DNA of 46,899 nt from Candidatus Pacearchaeota archaeon (GCA_018304985.1 JAGVWP010000012.1:1-46899), one strand, 5' to 3'; counted from the stretch's first letter, positions 1 to 9,923 are shown. The notes: generated by a model from the letters alone, not told the origin. Numbers and translations are program-made.

Positions 1-267
1 ATAGGAGTATGTCGTAATGTTTTTCATCACAATAAAACTTAAAAACTTTAAAAATGTAATAAATTAGTCCAATTAAAGAATTCTCATAGGAGTTACTGAT
101 ACTTATATTAAACAAAGATTGTTTTTATTTTTATAAGTTATATGCCAAAATTTATACATAATTTATTTGCAAGAGTTGTTGATTTATTTTAATTAATCTA
201 AATTATAGTCAAGAATATTAACAGTTACCCTGTGAAGGAAGACGCAAAAAAAGCAACCACCTAATAT

Positions 268-786
268 TTACTGTGTAGAAAGTATATTTTGAGCTTTTCT
301 CACAAACTCTAATGTTTTCAAACGCAGATCTTCAACATTATTTTTATCAAAAATAATTTGGCTTGAATAAGACGCCTTCTCTCGTTCATCTTTAGTTTTT
401 ACATAAAAGAGAATATCTTCATTATCCAAATAGATTTTATTCAATAACTCGATGTCGGAACCCGAGAGTTCTGTATTGTAATATTCCTTTATGAGAATAC
501 ATAGCGTAGCGTCGTGATTTTTTGAATAATATCCTCTCTTAAGTATTAATGCCAAAGCCATGTGATAAGCGGCATAGTAACAACCCACTATTGCCCAATC
601 AGAATAACCATCATCCAAAGTATCTTTTACAAATTGCGCGTTGTGTTCTGCTTTTGTGACGTGTCCGTTAATCTCTGTTTGTTCTCCTTTTTGTTTCACT
701 AGAATTTTTTGTTTGAGATAATTTGCTATTCGCTTATCAAGCGCTTCTTTTTTATTTAGGACTCCTTTGAGTTGTTCTTCATTCAT
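268..786 (-). CDS. HEPN-domain protein, putative toxin of a HEPN/MNT pair
   Basis: 172-aa ORF with an R-x6-H motif (RGYYSKNH). It overlaps the upstream nucleotidyltransferase gene by 8 nt, the usual MNT-HEPN operon layout. Confidence 0.6.
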   Translation of the reverse strand: MNEEQLKGVLNKKEALDKRIANYLKQKILVKQKGEQTEINGHVTKAEHNAQFVKDTLDDGYSDWAIVGCYYAAYHMALALILKRGYYSKNHDATLCILIKEYYNTELSGSDIELLNKIYLDNEDILFYVKTKDEREKASYSSQIIFDKNNVEDLRLKTLEFVRKAQNILSTQ

Positions 787-1372
787 TTGCTATTGCCCCA
801 TAATAATACTTAGCATTGAATACAGGGAAACCTGTTGTTAATGCAGACTGAACAACATAGTCTTCCTTCATTTTTAATTCTTTTCTAAACTCTTCTTCTG
901 TTAAATTAAAGACTTGCAGCTTTAATCCTGTTTGTGCCTCAACATACTTAACAGTTTTTTTATCTTCATTTTTAACAGAATTTATTTGAAGAATGTCAAT
1001 ATCTGAATCTTTTCTAAAGGTTTCTTTTGCTGTGGAGCCGAACACAATAACTAATAATGGCTTTTTCTCAAGTTTCTCGATGTAAATCTTTATAGCGTCT
1101 CTTCTTAGCAGAGGTAGACCTTCTAATTTCTCTTCATCAAATAAAGGGAATATATTCGGTATTTGTTTCTTTACTACACAAAATTTCTTTAAGTTTGCTT
1201 CTTTGGAAGCCTTTAAGACTCCTTGTTTGACTAGATTATTTAAGTGCCTTGAGATGCTACTTTCATTCATCTTTGTCCCTCGTGCAATTTCCCGCAGATG
1301 TAAAGAAGAATTATGATTATTGTAAAATAATTTTAATGTCTTCCAAACCGCAGGCTTTATTATTGTTTGCAT
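779..1372 (-). CDS. Minimal nucleotidyltransferase (MNT) with an N-terminal winged-helix segment
   Basis: NTase signature GSTAKETFRKDSDIDIL. N-terminal HTH-like LHLREIARGTKMNESSISRHLNNLVKQGVL. Overlaps the HEPN gene. Confidence 0.7.
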   Translation of the reverse strand: MQTIIKPAVWKTLKLFYNNHNSSLHLREIARGTKMNESSISRHLNNLVKQGVLKASKEANLKKFCVVKKQIPNIFPLFDEEKLEGLPLLRRDAIKIYIEKLEKKPLLVIVFGSTAKETFRKDSDIDILQINSVKNEDKKTVKYVEAQTGLKLQVFNLTEEEFRKELKMKEDYVVQSALTTGFPVFNAKYYYGAIANE

Positions 1373-1519
1373 ATTGTAAACAATTGTTTGAATTAAGCAA
1401 ACATTATAAATCTTTCGGTTGGCTTGAATTCAGGATATCAATGCAAAGCTACAATAGAAATAAGTTGCGGATACTTTAAATCTAAATTACTCAATACCCA
1501 TTAATCTAAACTTGCTTAA

Positions 1520-1610
1520 CTAAAATATTTCTCAGTGGAGCTTGATTTGGTAAAAGAAAAGATAATTGCTCTTGAATCATACCATCTCTTTGCATAATTT
1601 ATTAGCTGGA
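1520..1610 (+). repeat. Intergenic composite repeat, partial copy (degenerate hairpin plus B/T module)
   Basis: cttgaatcataccatctctttgcataattta at 1571-1601 matches the B module of the family described in the findings. Confidence 0.5.
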
Positions 1611-1740
1611 TTAATTATGTATAGATTGTTTTAATTGATATTTAACCAATTTTATTTAATATAAATCTATAATTGGTCTTCATTAATTCAAACCAGATAA
1701 TTACGAAATCAACGAACTCTGAGTTGATTGAGCGAACTAA

Positions 1741-1761
1741 CTCGCGAGCGTAGCGAGCGAG
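1741..1761 (-). terminator. GC-rich hairpin: 5-bp stem, 11-nt loop
   Basis: ctcgc-gagcgtagcga-gcgag lies just downstream of the small minus-strand ORF. A homologous hairpin sits at 29078-29098. Confidence 0.35.
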
Positions 1762-1772
1762 ATCATCTAGGA

Positions 1773-1892
1773 CTAATTTTCCTTTTCACTATCTCTAAAT
1801 CGTCCGCCCTTTTTATAAACCCTGAATTTCCTCTTTCTCCTTAAGTCCTTTTTGCTTGTTCTCTTGCCTGAAAATGCATAATCGTCGCTCAT
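1773..1892 (-). CDS. Small basic protein (39 aa), hypothetical
   Basis: Hand-translated ORF MSDDYAFSGKRTSKKDLRRKRKFRVYKKGGRFRDSEKEN. It is below the ORF-track cutoff and is followed by a GC hairpin. No family recognised. Confidence 0.3.
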   Translation of the reverse strand: MSDDYAFSGKRTSKKDLRRKRKFRVYKKGGRFRDSEKEN

Positions 1893-1938
1893 AGTAATAT
1901 TAATTAAAAGAAATATTTAAAGGTTGGGAAAAAGAAAA

Positions 1939-2499
1939 TTAGACACTTCCAACACAACAAAATTTTCCCTTATATTGAACAACCTCTGTTTTATCAGTAA
2001 CTTGCAATGTAACATCGCCAGTAGTGCATGTATCTTGCCATGAACCATCAAAATCAGCACCACATTTTTTGCCATTATTTAATAAAGGATTGCAATCAAG
2101 ATCATTAACTTTTACTCCTTTAAATTTTGGATCAGCCCTTAATCTAGCACACTCATCTTTTACAGGATCACCGCTACAAGTTAAAGGAGTTGCTTTAGCA
2201 GAAATACTAGCCTGAGCTCCTGAATACTGGCAATTTATCCTTCTTGCAGTACTCTCATCAGAAACCTTAGCATCTTTAAAAGTAGTGCAATAATCTGAAT
2301 AAAAATTTCCTTGTGCAGCAAGAACGCATCCTTGTGCCACACTTTCTACATCTTGAAGAGGTGCAGCTTTAAAAAACTTACTTATAAATCCAAAAGTTCC
2401 ACTATACCAAAGAACAACAAAAAGTAAAGCGATAATTGCGAGAACTAATGATATAACCCAAAAATTAGCATCTGCCTTTTTATTATTCAATATTATCAT
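1939..2499 (-). CDS. Cys-rich pilin-like secreted protein, last gene of the pilus operon
   Basis: N-terminus NNKKA followed by a hydrophobic helix (FWVISLVLAIIALLFVVLW). 12 Cys in the mature part. Confidence 0.6.
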   Translation of the reverse strand: MIILNNKKADANFWVISLVLAIIALLFVVLWYSGTFGFISKFFKAAPLQDVESVAQGCVLAAQGNFYSDYCTTFKDAKVSDESTARRINCQYSGAQASISAKATPLTCSGDPVKDECARLRADPKFKGVKVNDLDCNPLLNNGKKCGADFDGSWQDTCTTGDVTLQVTDKTEVVQYKGKFCCVGSV

Positions 2500-2584
2500 T
2501 CTCTTCCTCTTATTTATATTGTATCAACTATTTAAGGATTTATAAACATTTCGAGACTTATAAAAACGAATTTTAATCTTTATA

Positions 2585-3097
2585 TTAAATATCTGAAGTA
2601 AAAGTTTTTGTATAAGTATAATTAATACTAATGGGTTTCTTAATTTTCCCTTTATCATTTATTTCTCTGTAAACTGAAAGGTCAAATATAACAGAAAACT
2701 CTTTGCCATTATCTTTATCCCGAATAATAACTTTATCTTGAATTAATCTATTTTCAATTTGTGCTAATTCCCCAAAAAGAAACTGCCCATTTTCAAGTTT
2801 ATATTTAGTAAGTTCATTATTAAAATTATTAATAAACTTTTCCGGATTAACTTCTCCAGAAATAATTGTTTTTTTGGCAGCTTTATCCATTACTTCCTGG
2901 ATATAAAAATCAAGCAACATGGACTTTGAGTTAACTTCCTCTGAAATCCCATTAGAATAAATTCTCTTATCATTTATTGTGCTTTTTTTAGCAAAATAAA
3001 CAAGAGAAAAGCTAGTGAGTAATAAAGTTGCTAAAACTAAAAGAGTTATCGCTATAGGAACTCCACCTTTCTTATTATATTGTTTAATCAATCTCAT
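2585..3097 (-). CDS. Pilin-like protein with a class III signal peptide
   Basis: YNKKG followed by VPIAITLLVLATLLLTSF. ATGA overlap with the upstream gene. Confidence 0.6.
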   Translation of the reverse strand: MRLIKQYNKKGGVPIAITLLVLATLLLTSFSLVYFAKKSTINDKRIYSNGISEEVNSKSMLLDFYIQEVMDKAAKKTIISGEVNPEKFINNFNNELTKYKLENGQFLFGELAQIENRLIQDKVIIRDKDNGKEFSVIFDLSVYREINDKGKIKKPISINYTYTKTFTSDI

Positions 3098-3738
3098 TTT
3101 ATTTCAAGCACTTTGCTTTTATCATAAAAAATTATTTTTATCAAATTATCTTTATCTGAATAAAGATAAATAATCTGGGCATAATTTGGATCAAGAACTA
3201 ATTGATTTGGCTTTAAAGAATATTTAAAGTAATCATCCGGAGGATTAATTGAAAATGAACACTGTGAATTATCCATGCCTTGCTCAATTGCTGTGGAATC
3301 AACTTCCATCTCATTTCTTTCAGTTCTTATGTAAAAATAAGTATTAGTAAAACCGGCAGATTTTACAAATTTAACATATTTAATGCATAAACTATTATAA
3401 TTTATGTAGTTGCCAGTTAAAGGAGTATTTGGATCAGCAAAAACTTTAGTTAATTCTTCGGTTGTAAGAACATCTCCATCAGCCCATTGATAAATAGCCT
3501 CCTTATTATCATTGATAAATGCAAGTAAAGAAGTAGTAGTTTCAGTATCAAGGGCATTTTCTTGTCCTTTTAAAGTAATTTCCGGCTTAAAAAACCAATT
3601 CTTCGCTAAAAAACCAACACCTAAAAAATAGATAAACAAAATAAAAAGAATTATGAATGTTGCAACAATCCACGTTGCAGTTGTTCCAATAGTAATAGCT
3701 TTCTTTCCATGAAGTTTATTTAGCTTAAATTTACTCAT
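3094..3738 (-). CDS. Pilin-like protein with a class III signal peptide
   Basis: HGKKA followed by ITIGTTATWIVATFIILFILFIYF. Abuts or overlaps the neighbouring operon genes. Confidence 0.55.
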   Translation of the reverse strand: MSKFKLNKLHGKKAITIGTTATWIVATFIILFILFIYFLGVGFLAKNWFFKPEITLKGQENALDTETTTSLLAFINDNKEAIYQWADGDVLTTEELTKVFADPNTPLTGNYINYNSLCIKYVKFVKSAGFTNTYFYIRTERNEMEVDSTAIEQGMDNSQCSFSINPPDDYFKYSLKPNQLVLDPNYAQIIYLYSDKDNLIKIIFYDKSKVLEIK

Positions 3739-4293
3739 TTAAAAAACACCGCCTAAAACATTTGAACCTGTAAAAATATCAATAATTGCTTTTTTATTCT
3801 CAAGCTTATTGCTCTGAGGATTAATAGTTTTATAAAGGATATAAATTTCTTTAGAAGCACAAACAGCATATTCATCCCTTACTTCAGCGTTTTCTCTTAA
3901 TCCGCATTGTATTTCAAAATCTTTCTCTCCCGCAATTATTAATTCTCTTATTTCCTGTCCAGAATCAACATCCTTAAATGAAACCTTTAAAAAAAATTCT
4001 CTTTTATCTTCTATGATATTTTTATTAAGATTGCATTCAGAAAAAACATCAAAATTTTCTTCTAAAACTTTTGTTTTAATAAATCCGTCTTCTGTTAAAC
4101 ATCCAATTAAGTTATTTGCCAGTGATTCTGATTGAATATTTCTTATATCTAATCTAGCTGAATAAAAAATATAAACTCCGCCAACAATTGCCAATGCAAT
4201 TATAATCCATACAATAAACATATAAAAAGAAAGTATTTTTTCGTCAGCTCTCTTTCCAGATATTTTAATAAACCTAGAACTCATTTTAGCCAT
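3739..4293 (-). CDS. Pilin-like protein
   Basis: SGKRA followed by DEKILSFYMFIVWIIIALAIVGG. Abuts or overlaps its neighbours. Confidence 0.5.
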   Translation of the reverse strand: MAKMSSRFIKISGKRADEKILSFYMFIVWIIIALAIVGGVYIFYSARLDIRNIQSESLANNLIGCLTEDGFIKTKVLEENFDVFSECNLNKNIIEDKREFFLKVSFKDVDSGQEIRELIIAGEKDFEIQCGLRENAEVRDEYAVCASKEIYILYKTINPQSNKLENKKAIIDIFTGSNVLGGVF

Positions 4294-4705
4294 CTCCAGC
4301 TCCTTTCTTATTTATGCTTAATTTTAAAATTAGATTATCATTCTCTTGTTCAAAACCCTTGACAACTTCGTAATTGCTGAAATAATCAAAAATATATCCT
4401 TTAGAACCTTGAGTTAATTTTACTATCACTTTTCCATTTTGGAGGTTAATTATCTGATCAAGAGATAGTTTATTTTCTTCAATAAAAGATTTCATTTCAT
4501 TAAGATTAATAGATATTACCATTCCTGGTTTTGCAGAATCAATAAGCAAAGCAATTTGCTTTGAATATACTTGCTCATAAAGCCCAGCATTTGTTCCAGA
4601 CCTTGCAACAAAAGCAAACATTGCTCCAAAAAAAAGCAGATTTAAAACAATAAACATAATAATTTCATAAAGTGAATCACTCCCTTTTTTATTTTTAAAT
4701 AACAT
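4286..4705 (-). CDS. Pilin-like protein
   Basis: KNKKG followed by SDSLYEIIMFIVLNLLFFGAMFAFV. Confidence 0.55.
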   Translation of the reverse strand: MLFKNKKGSDSLYEIIMFIVLNLLFFGAMFAFVARSGTNAGLYEQVYSKQIALLIDSAKPGMVISINLNEMKSFIEENKLSLDQIINLQNGKVIVKLTQGSKGYIFDYFSNYEVVKGFEQENDNLILKLSINKKGAGDG

Positions 4706-4774
4706 AATAAAAGGTTAAAGTCAAGACAATTAATAAATCTAACTAATCTAAATTAAATTTCATCTAAAGAATAA

Positions 4775-5797
4775 TTAAGGCAAATTCTCAAAGCTCTGAC
4801 ATTTTAATCCTGAAATTTCATTAATTTCATTCGGAATAATTCTTGGCCCATAATAAACAAGCCCTGTTTCAGGATAAGCAGCAACATAGGTTAAAGTACC
4901 AGTTGTTATAGCTCCACTGCCACCAACAACAAGAGTAACGCCTACCCAAACAAGTGAAATACCCCCGGTAAACGGAGCTACAACAAGCCCTGTTCCTGCA
5001 AGAACAGCAGCAGCAGCACCGCCAGCAATTAATTTAGTTGCAGCTGTTCCTTTATTAGTCTCCATAGAAGCAATAACAATTTGAGCTTTATTAACATCTA
5101 TCATCCAATCATTACTATTAACATTAATGCTCTTTACTTCATTCTTTTCATTTTTAACATTGCTAAAATCAGTATTCATTAAAGGGTCTATAATTTCCTT
5201 AGGGCTTTTTGTCTTATAAATTGATTGAAGATAAGTTTCCTCTTCTCCTTCGGGCTTATTTATTGACATATAATTGTAAAGATCAAGTAAAGCTATACCT
5301 TCTGGAAATAGCGCTTTAGCTTTATCATCAAAAACAATTCTCGAACAAATTATACAATAATTATATTTAAATTCTTTAGTCGGAAGAAAATTCAACTGGC
5401 CTTCACCAAGCATTTTATTGCAGTTATACATAGCATTAGAAAGAGTTTTGAAAGTCTCTTCTTTTGCTTTCTCCCCATCATTAGAAAGTTTTATTAGAGT
5501 AATCTTATTGTCTGTATTTGCCTTACCAAACTCTTCTTCACAGCTTTTATCAGAATTTTCCAAGCAAATTTTTTCAGTCTTGCATTCTAAAGGAATAGTA
5601 TTCTTTCCAGCTTCAACCGGACCAATGTTAAAAGTATTTCTATAAAAAACTGATTGCTGACAAATTTTATAATCAATCTTGCTTGTATCTCCAAAAAGAT
5701 TATTATAAACCACCAAAGCCATTGCTAAAGTAATTAATGAAATAATCACTACAAAAATTACCACATAAGCTAAAATACCTCTTTTATTCGTAAACAT
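4775..5797 (-). CDS. Large pilin-like or pilus-associated protein with a C-terminal Gly/Ala/Thr-rich membrane region
   Basis: TNKRG followed by ILAYVVIFVVIISLITLAMALVV. C-terminal stretch GTAATKLIAGGAAAAVLAGTGLVVAPFTGGISLVWVGVTLVVGGSGAITTG. Confidence 0.55.
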   Translation of the reverse strand: MFTNKRGILAYVVIFVVIISLITLAMALVVYNNLFGDTSKIDYKICQQSVFYRNTFNIGPVEAGKNTIPLECKTEKICLENSDKSCEEEFGKANTDNKITLIKLSNDGEKAKEETFKTLSNAMYNCNKMLGEGQLNFLPTKEFKYNYCIICSRIVFDDKAKALFPEGIALLDLYNYMSINKPEGEEETYLQSIYKTKSPKEIIDPLMNTDFSNVKNEKNEVKSINVNSNDWMIDVNKAQIVIASMETNKGTAATKLIAGGAAAAVLAGTGLVVAPFTGGISLVWVGVTLVVGGSGAITTGTLTYVAAYPETGLVYYGPRIIPNEINEISGLKCQSFENLP

Positions 5798-5836
5798 TTT
5801 ATATTAATATAAAAAGAAAGGCATTTATATTCTTTA

Positions 5837-5965
5837 TCATGCACCTAGTCCTCTAATAATAAAAAATAAAATAGTTGCAGCAATTAAGAAAAATATTATC
5901 CATAAGATTATTTTTATAAGATTTTCAAATTCATCAAACTCGGCTTTTTTATTTTTAAATATCAT
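5837..5965 (-). CDS. Small pilin-like protein (42 aa), missing from the ORF track
   Basis: Hand translation MIFKNKKAEFDEFENLIKIILWIIFFLIAATILFFIIRGLGA. Its ATG overlaps the stop of 5962..6591 (ATGA). Confidence 0.5.
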   Translation of the reverse strand: MIFKNKKAEFDEFENLIKIILWIIFFLIAATILFFIIRGLGA

Positions 5966-6591
5966 TTATTAGAGGTAATTTTTAATATATTATCCTTTAA
6001 TGAGATTTTAAGGTCTTTATTTTCAGATATTTGCTTATCTATAGGGATATATAATCTTTCATCAGATGAATCTTGATTAACAATTAATTTTATTTTTGAG
6101 TCAACCTGTTTACAAACCCCTAAGACATTACAATCAGTTAAAACATCAAAACTTCCGGCATATGAAGATTGAGCAGAAAATTTGCAAATACAGAAACATT
6201 GTTCCCACCCAGAAGCTTTACAGAGTTTAGGGATCTCATTTGTAGCTGAAAAAGGAATTGCACCTCCGCTAGGACTAGAACCACTACCATAAAAAACCTT
6301 TCCATTATCACTAGGCCACCCAACCAAAAACCATTCATTAGGAGAATAGAGAAAATAGTTTTTTTCGCCTTCTCCAGTTTTTTGAAGTCCTTCAAGTATT
6401 ATATTTATTTCATTTAAATGGCCCTCAGCTTTTTTTAAATCATTCTGATCCGAAAAGAAAGAAAATAATCTCGCCCCAACATAAACCAAGATAACAATAC
6501 AAAGGGCAGTAATTACAAGTTTTATTGTAAATTCTAATGCTAAAAATCCTTTTTTATTATGCCTCTGTATTTTACTTTTCATTTTAAACAT
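5962..6591 (-). CDS. Type IV prepilin-like protein
   Basis: Textbook prepilin motif KKG|FLALEFTIKLVITALCIVILV, with Phe at +1 and Glu at +5. Confidence 0.7.
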   Translation of the reverse strand: MFKMKSKIQRHNKKGFLALEFTIKLVITALCIVILVYVGARLFSFFSDQNDLKKAEGHLNEINIILEGLQKTGEGEKNYFLYSPNEWFLVGWPSDNGKVFYGSGSSPSGGAIPFSATNEIPKLCKASGWEQCFCICKFSAQSSYAGSFDVLTDCNVLGVCKQVDSKIKLIVNQDSSDERLYIPIDKQISENKDLKISLKDNILKITSNK

Positions 6592-7219
6592 TAATTGTCA
6601 AATCCCAGTTAACTTTGTTAATTAATCCTTGATTATCTTTCTCAATTTTAAGAATTTTAAATAAATTATTATTAATGAGATAACTATTACCAACATTAAC
6701 TTCATTTAAATTATCAATATTAGCATCCCTAAAAATTGTTTCTGAAAGTTCCCCATTAGTGGTTATATAAACTTGATTTATACTCCCAGCATCATGTTCA
6801 AATATAATCATTTCGCTATTTGGATTTATTAAAAGATAGTTATAATATACCTCGGTCAACTTATCAATTGTTTGGTCAGAAAGTTCAGCAAGACTCATGC
6901 AATCAGGCATTTTTACAGGAGTATCACAAAATTTCTTACCTATTTTAATGCCTGCCTGAAAAAGTTTATCCCTTACATCTCTTTCTCTTCCAAAAGCTAA
7001 ATTTGAAAGTTCAATATCAGATTGATCCTCTGGCAAATTTTTATTTCGGCTTCCACTTGACATATTAAAATTGGGAATGATATTTTTAATTTTCTCAATA
7101 AGCCCAAATTTAGATATTAAAACCCCAACAGATATAACAACAATAACCATTAAGATTATTGCAACTATATAAGTTATGCCAATATCCTCTCCCTTTTTAT
7201 TATAAATTGGCCTAATCAT
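6584..7219 (-). CDS. Pilin-like protein
   Basis: YNKKG followed by EDIGITYIVAIILMVIVVISVGVLI. Overlaps both neighbours. Confidence 0.55.
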   Translation of the reverse strand: MIRPIYNKKGEDIGITYIVAIILMVIVVISVGVLISKFGLIEKIKNIIPNFNMSSGSRNKNLPEDQSDIELSNLAFGRERDVRDKLFQAGIKIGKKFCDTPVKMPDCMSLAELSDQTIDKLTEVYYNYLLINPNSEMIIFEHDAGSINQVYITTNGELSETIFRDANIDNLNEVNVGNSYLINNNLFKILKIEKDNQGLINKVNWDLTINV

Positions 7220-7380
7220 TTTTTAAGTGAAAACAAGGAATTTATATAATCCGAAATCACATCCCATTTAACCCACAAAACAGCTATTACAGCAATGACT
7301 ACAATGAATGCAAGTAATGCTAATAAAGCAGAACCCAAATTATCCACGGCAAAAACTCCTTTTTTAAACCTCTTTACCAT
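7216..7380 (-). CDS. Short Flp-like pilin (54 aa), candidate major subunit, missing from the ORF track
   Basis: Hand translation MVKRFKKGVFAVDNLGSALLALLAFIVVIAVIAVLWVKWDVISDYINSLFSLKK. ATGA overlap with 6584..7219. Lies directly downstream of the platform gene. Confidence 0.55.
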   Translation of the reverse strand: MVKRFKKGVFAVDNLGSALLALLAFIVVIAVIAVLWVKWDVISDYINSLFSLKK

Positions 7381-7428
7381 ATTAATCATGTAAAAAAATA
7401 CTTATTTATTAATAAATGTTGCTAAAGA

Positions 7429-9609
7429 TTAACTTCCCAAACCCTGAAGCACAATCGCTGCCAGCAATGACAATGCAAGAACAGAGAACAAAGTAACAAT
7501 TAAATAAAGCCACACTCCTGCTTTTAAATTCTTTCCAATCTCATAAGTCTTCTTCAACTTATCCTCTCCAGAATTAATAATAACTAGAACATTTGTTAAA
7601 ATAAAAATAATCTCAATAATATACAGGCCGATAGCTACCTGCAGATAATAAGGGGGAATTATTTTATTAATATCAATAAACCCGGCAATACTGTTAATAT
7701 CAAATCCAAGAGTTGCTCCTCCGCCACCAATATCATGTAATATAGCATCTAGCTTATTTATTATAAAAGTAATCATTCCAGCCAAGCCAACAACAATTCC
7801 AGATAATAATGGAGCAAGGAAAACCATGTTGCTTTTCATATCACTCACAACTTCTGCCAAAAGGTCATTAAGCCTCTGTGTAACTTTTTGTATATTTTTA
7901 ATATATTCAGAAATGCTCATTAAACTTTGAGCAGCAATTTTCAGTCCTTTCTTAGCGCTCTCAAGCAAAATCCTCATGCTTGTAGCAATTAGCGAAGATG
8001 GGAAAAATATTATAGCTCCTCTCCTTTGATCAAATATAGCATTTTCCAAAGACATTCCAGCTTGCTGTAGATTTAAATTAACCCTTCTAAAAAAATTTTC
8101 GGTCCTCTGTCCTCTTGTTGACTCTGCAACTCTTGCAAAAGCAATTTCCGCAGGCAATCCGTCTCCTAATCTATTTCCCAGCTGAAAAAGGGAGTTAACA
8201 AATTCCTGTTCTAATTGTTTTGTATCATCTCTTGATTTAATTAATTGTTTTGTCTTTATTTTATAGGCAATTGAAAAAAACAAAGCAATACTTAGCGGAA
8301 TAAACAAACTTAGCACTAAAGCCACAATTCCAAACGGTCCTACAATAATACCATTTCCAATCTCTTTAAAATCAAAAAACTTTATGCCTGACAAAAAATT
8401 AATTCCAATCTGTGAAAAATCATAATCTTTCTGCAGATTTAAAGTATCAACAAACCAACTCTGCTGAAATAAAAATGGAATTAAGCCAATGATAAATAAT
8501 GGCAGTGCAATTAATCCTGATAAAATATAAGGTTTCTTGCTTTTATATTTATAATATTCCGGATTTAGCTCTAAAATCTCTGCTTCTCCATAACCTCCAG
8601 GACGTTTCAGCATTATCTGTGTTGTAAGATAAAAAACAAAAAATGGAATTATTAAGTTAAATAAAATAAAAACATGATAAGCTTTCAAAGCGCCTTGTAA
8701 AAGTGTTGAAGCTAGAGGCAATAAAGCTAAAGCCAGAGTTGGCAGAACAATTCCAAGCATATATAAATTTGTTAAAGGTGATCTGACATCTCTTGAAAAA
8801 ACAAGCATTTTTTCATAAACACCATCAAGAATTACTTGAAGCGCTTTTTCTAATATCTGAATTCTTCTTGCCTCAGATGGCTCATATAAACTGCTTTCTA
8901 TTAAGTGAAAAGACTCAACAAACTCTAAACTATCTTCCTGCCATGATTCTAAATAATGGTCTAAACTTTCTTTAATAGTTGAGTATTTTCCGGTTTCAAC
9001 ATCCCAGAATATTTTTCTAAGATCTAATGCAAGAGGAGCCTGTAAATGCTGTGATGCAAAAGCAATTGCCCTTTCCAAATTGCTTGTATGCTTCATATAA
9101 ACAACAATATAAAGAATGCACGGAACCATTTGCGAACCCGCTTTCAATCTCCATAACTTAGACATTCTCAAAGGAGAGCTGTAAATATAATAAAAAACAA
9201 ACATAGATGCAATCAACACCATAAACAAAAATAATCCAGCAGGGCCAAAACTATAACTGATAAAATCACTTCCAACATAAAAAAACACTCCCAAAAATAT
9301 TATTAATCCAATAAAAAAAGTAATGAAAGCTCCAAAGAACGAAAAAGAAATAACTTCTGAAGGGGTAATATCTAAATGAGCAATCCCTAAATTCTTTCCC
9401 AGCCTAAGCTCGTCTTTTTTAGAAGGCTTTACTTTTAATAAACCTCCAAAACTTCTTGCCATTTTTTCATATCTGGAAAGATTTGGCATCATATCCTGTT
9501 TAAACTGCAGATATTCTCGGCTTACATCACCAACTCTATACTCATTTCCAGGTATTTTCTTAGCAAGCGAACTGCTGTATTTTTTCAGAATATCATCTAC
9601 ATTAACCAT
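7429..9609 (-). CDS. Polytopic membrane platform protein, TadC/FlaJ/GspF-like
   Basis: 726 aa with many TM helices alternating with soluble helical domains. Sits between the secretion ATPase and the pilin genes. Confidence 0.65.
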   Translation of the reverse strand: MVNVDDILKKYSSSLAKKIPGNEYRVGDVSREYLQFKQDMMPNLSRYEKMARSFGGLLKVKPSKKDELRLGKNLGIAHLDITPSEVISFSFFGAFITFFIGLIIFLGVFFYVGSDFISYSFGPAGLFLFMVLIASMFVFYYIYSSPLRMSKLWRLKAGSQMVPCILYIVVYMKHTSNLERAIAFASQHLQAPLALDLRKIFWDVETGKYSTIKESLDHYLESWQEDSLEFVESFHLIESSLYEPSEARRIQILEKALQVILDGVYEKMLVFSRDVRSPLTNLYMLGIVLPTLALALLPLASTLLQGALKAYHVFILFNLIIPFFVFYLTTQIMLKRPGGYGEAEILELNPEYYKYKSKKPYILSGLIALPLFIIGLIPFLFQQSWFVDTLNLQKDYDFSQIGINFLSGIKFFDFKEIGNGIIVGPFGIVALVLSLFIPLSIALFFSIAYKIKTKQLIKSRDDTKQLEQEFVNSLFQLGNRLGDGLPAEIAFARVAESTRGQRTENFFRRVNLNLQQAGMSLENAIFDQRRGAIIFFPSSLIATSMRILLESAKKGLKIAAQSLMSISEYIKNIQKVTQRLNDLLAEVVSDMKSNMVFLAPLLSGIVVGLAGMITFIINKLDAILHDIGGGGATLGFDINSIAGFIDINKIIPPYYLQVAIGLYIIEIIFILTNVLVIINSGEDKLKKTYEIGKNLKAGVWLYLIVTLFSVLALSLLAAIVLQGLGS

Positions 9610-9711
9610 TTCCGCCTCTTTTTATAATTGTATTAAAAACTCAAAACCACTTAATAAAACTATTGATAATAAAGGAGTAATTAATCTATTTAATCTATAT
9701 CTAAATCAAGC

Positions 9712-9800
9712 AAAATTTTTCACATAGAAAAATTTTATATTATCTATTTTCAAAAATATTTAGAAATCACACCATAACTTTACATAATTTATAGTATATA
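9712..9800 (+). repeat. Intergenic composite repeat, full copy
   Basis: Hairpin aaaatttttc-acata-gaaaaatttt at 9712-9736. B module gaaatcacaccataactttacataattta at 9763-9791. Confidence 0.8.
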
Positions 9801-9850
9801 AACTATAGAAAAATAAATTAAAGCTTACTAGGTCTAGCGAATAAAGCAGG

Positions 9851-9923
9851 GAAAAGTATTATGATATTTCAAAAATTATTCTTGAATCTATACAATACTA
9901 AATTTCTCATTTGAGAGAAATTT
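9851..9923 (-). repeat. Intergenic composite repeat, inverted copy (hairpin plus L module)
   Basis: Hairpin aaatttctc-atttga-gagaaattt at 9900-9923. The left flank is the reverse complement of agtattgtatagattcaagaa. Confidence 0.75.

Noticed and set aside
1-27. Possible start of a minus-strand gene (MKNITTYSY...) running off the left edge
   Set aside because: Only nine codons are visible, so it cannot be evaluated.
1249-1479. 76-aa plus-strand ORF overlapping the NTase gene start
   Set aside because: It is antisense to the motif-bearing NTase gene and has no features of its own.
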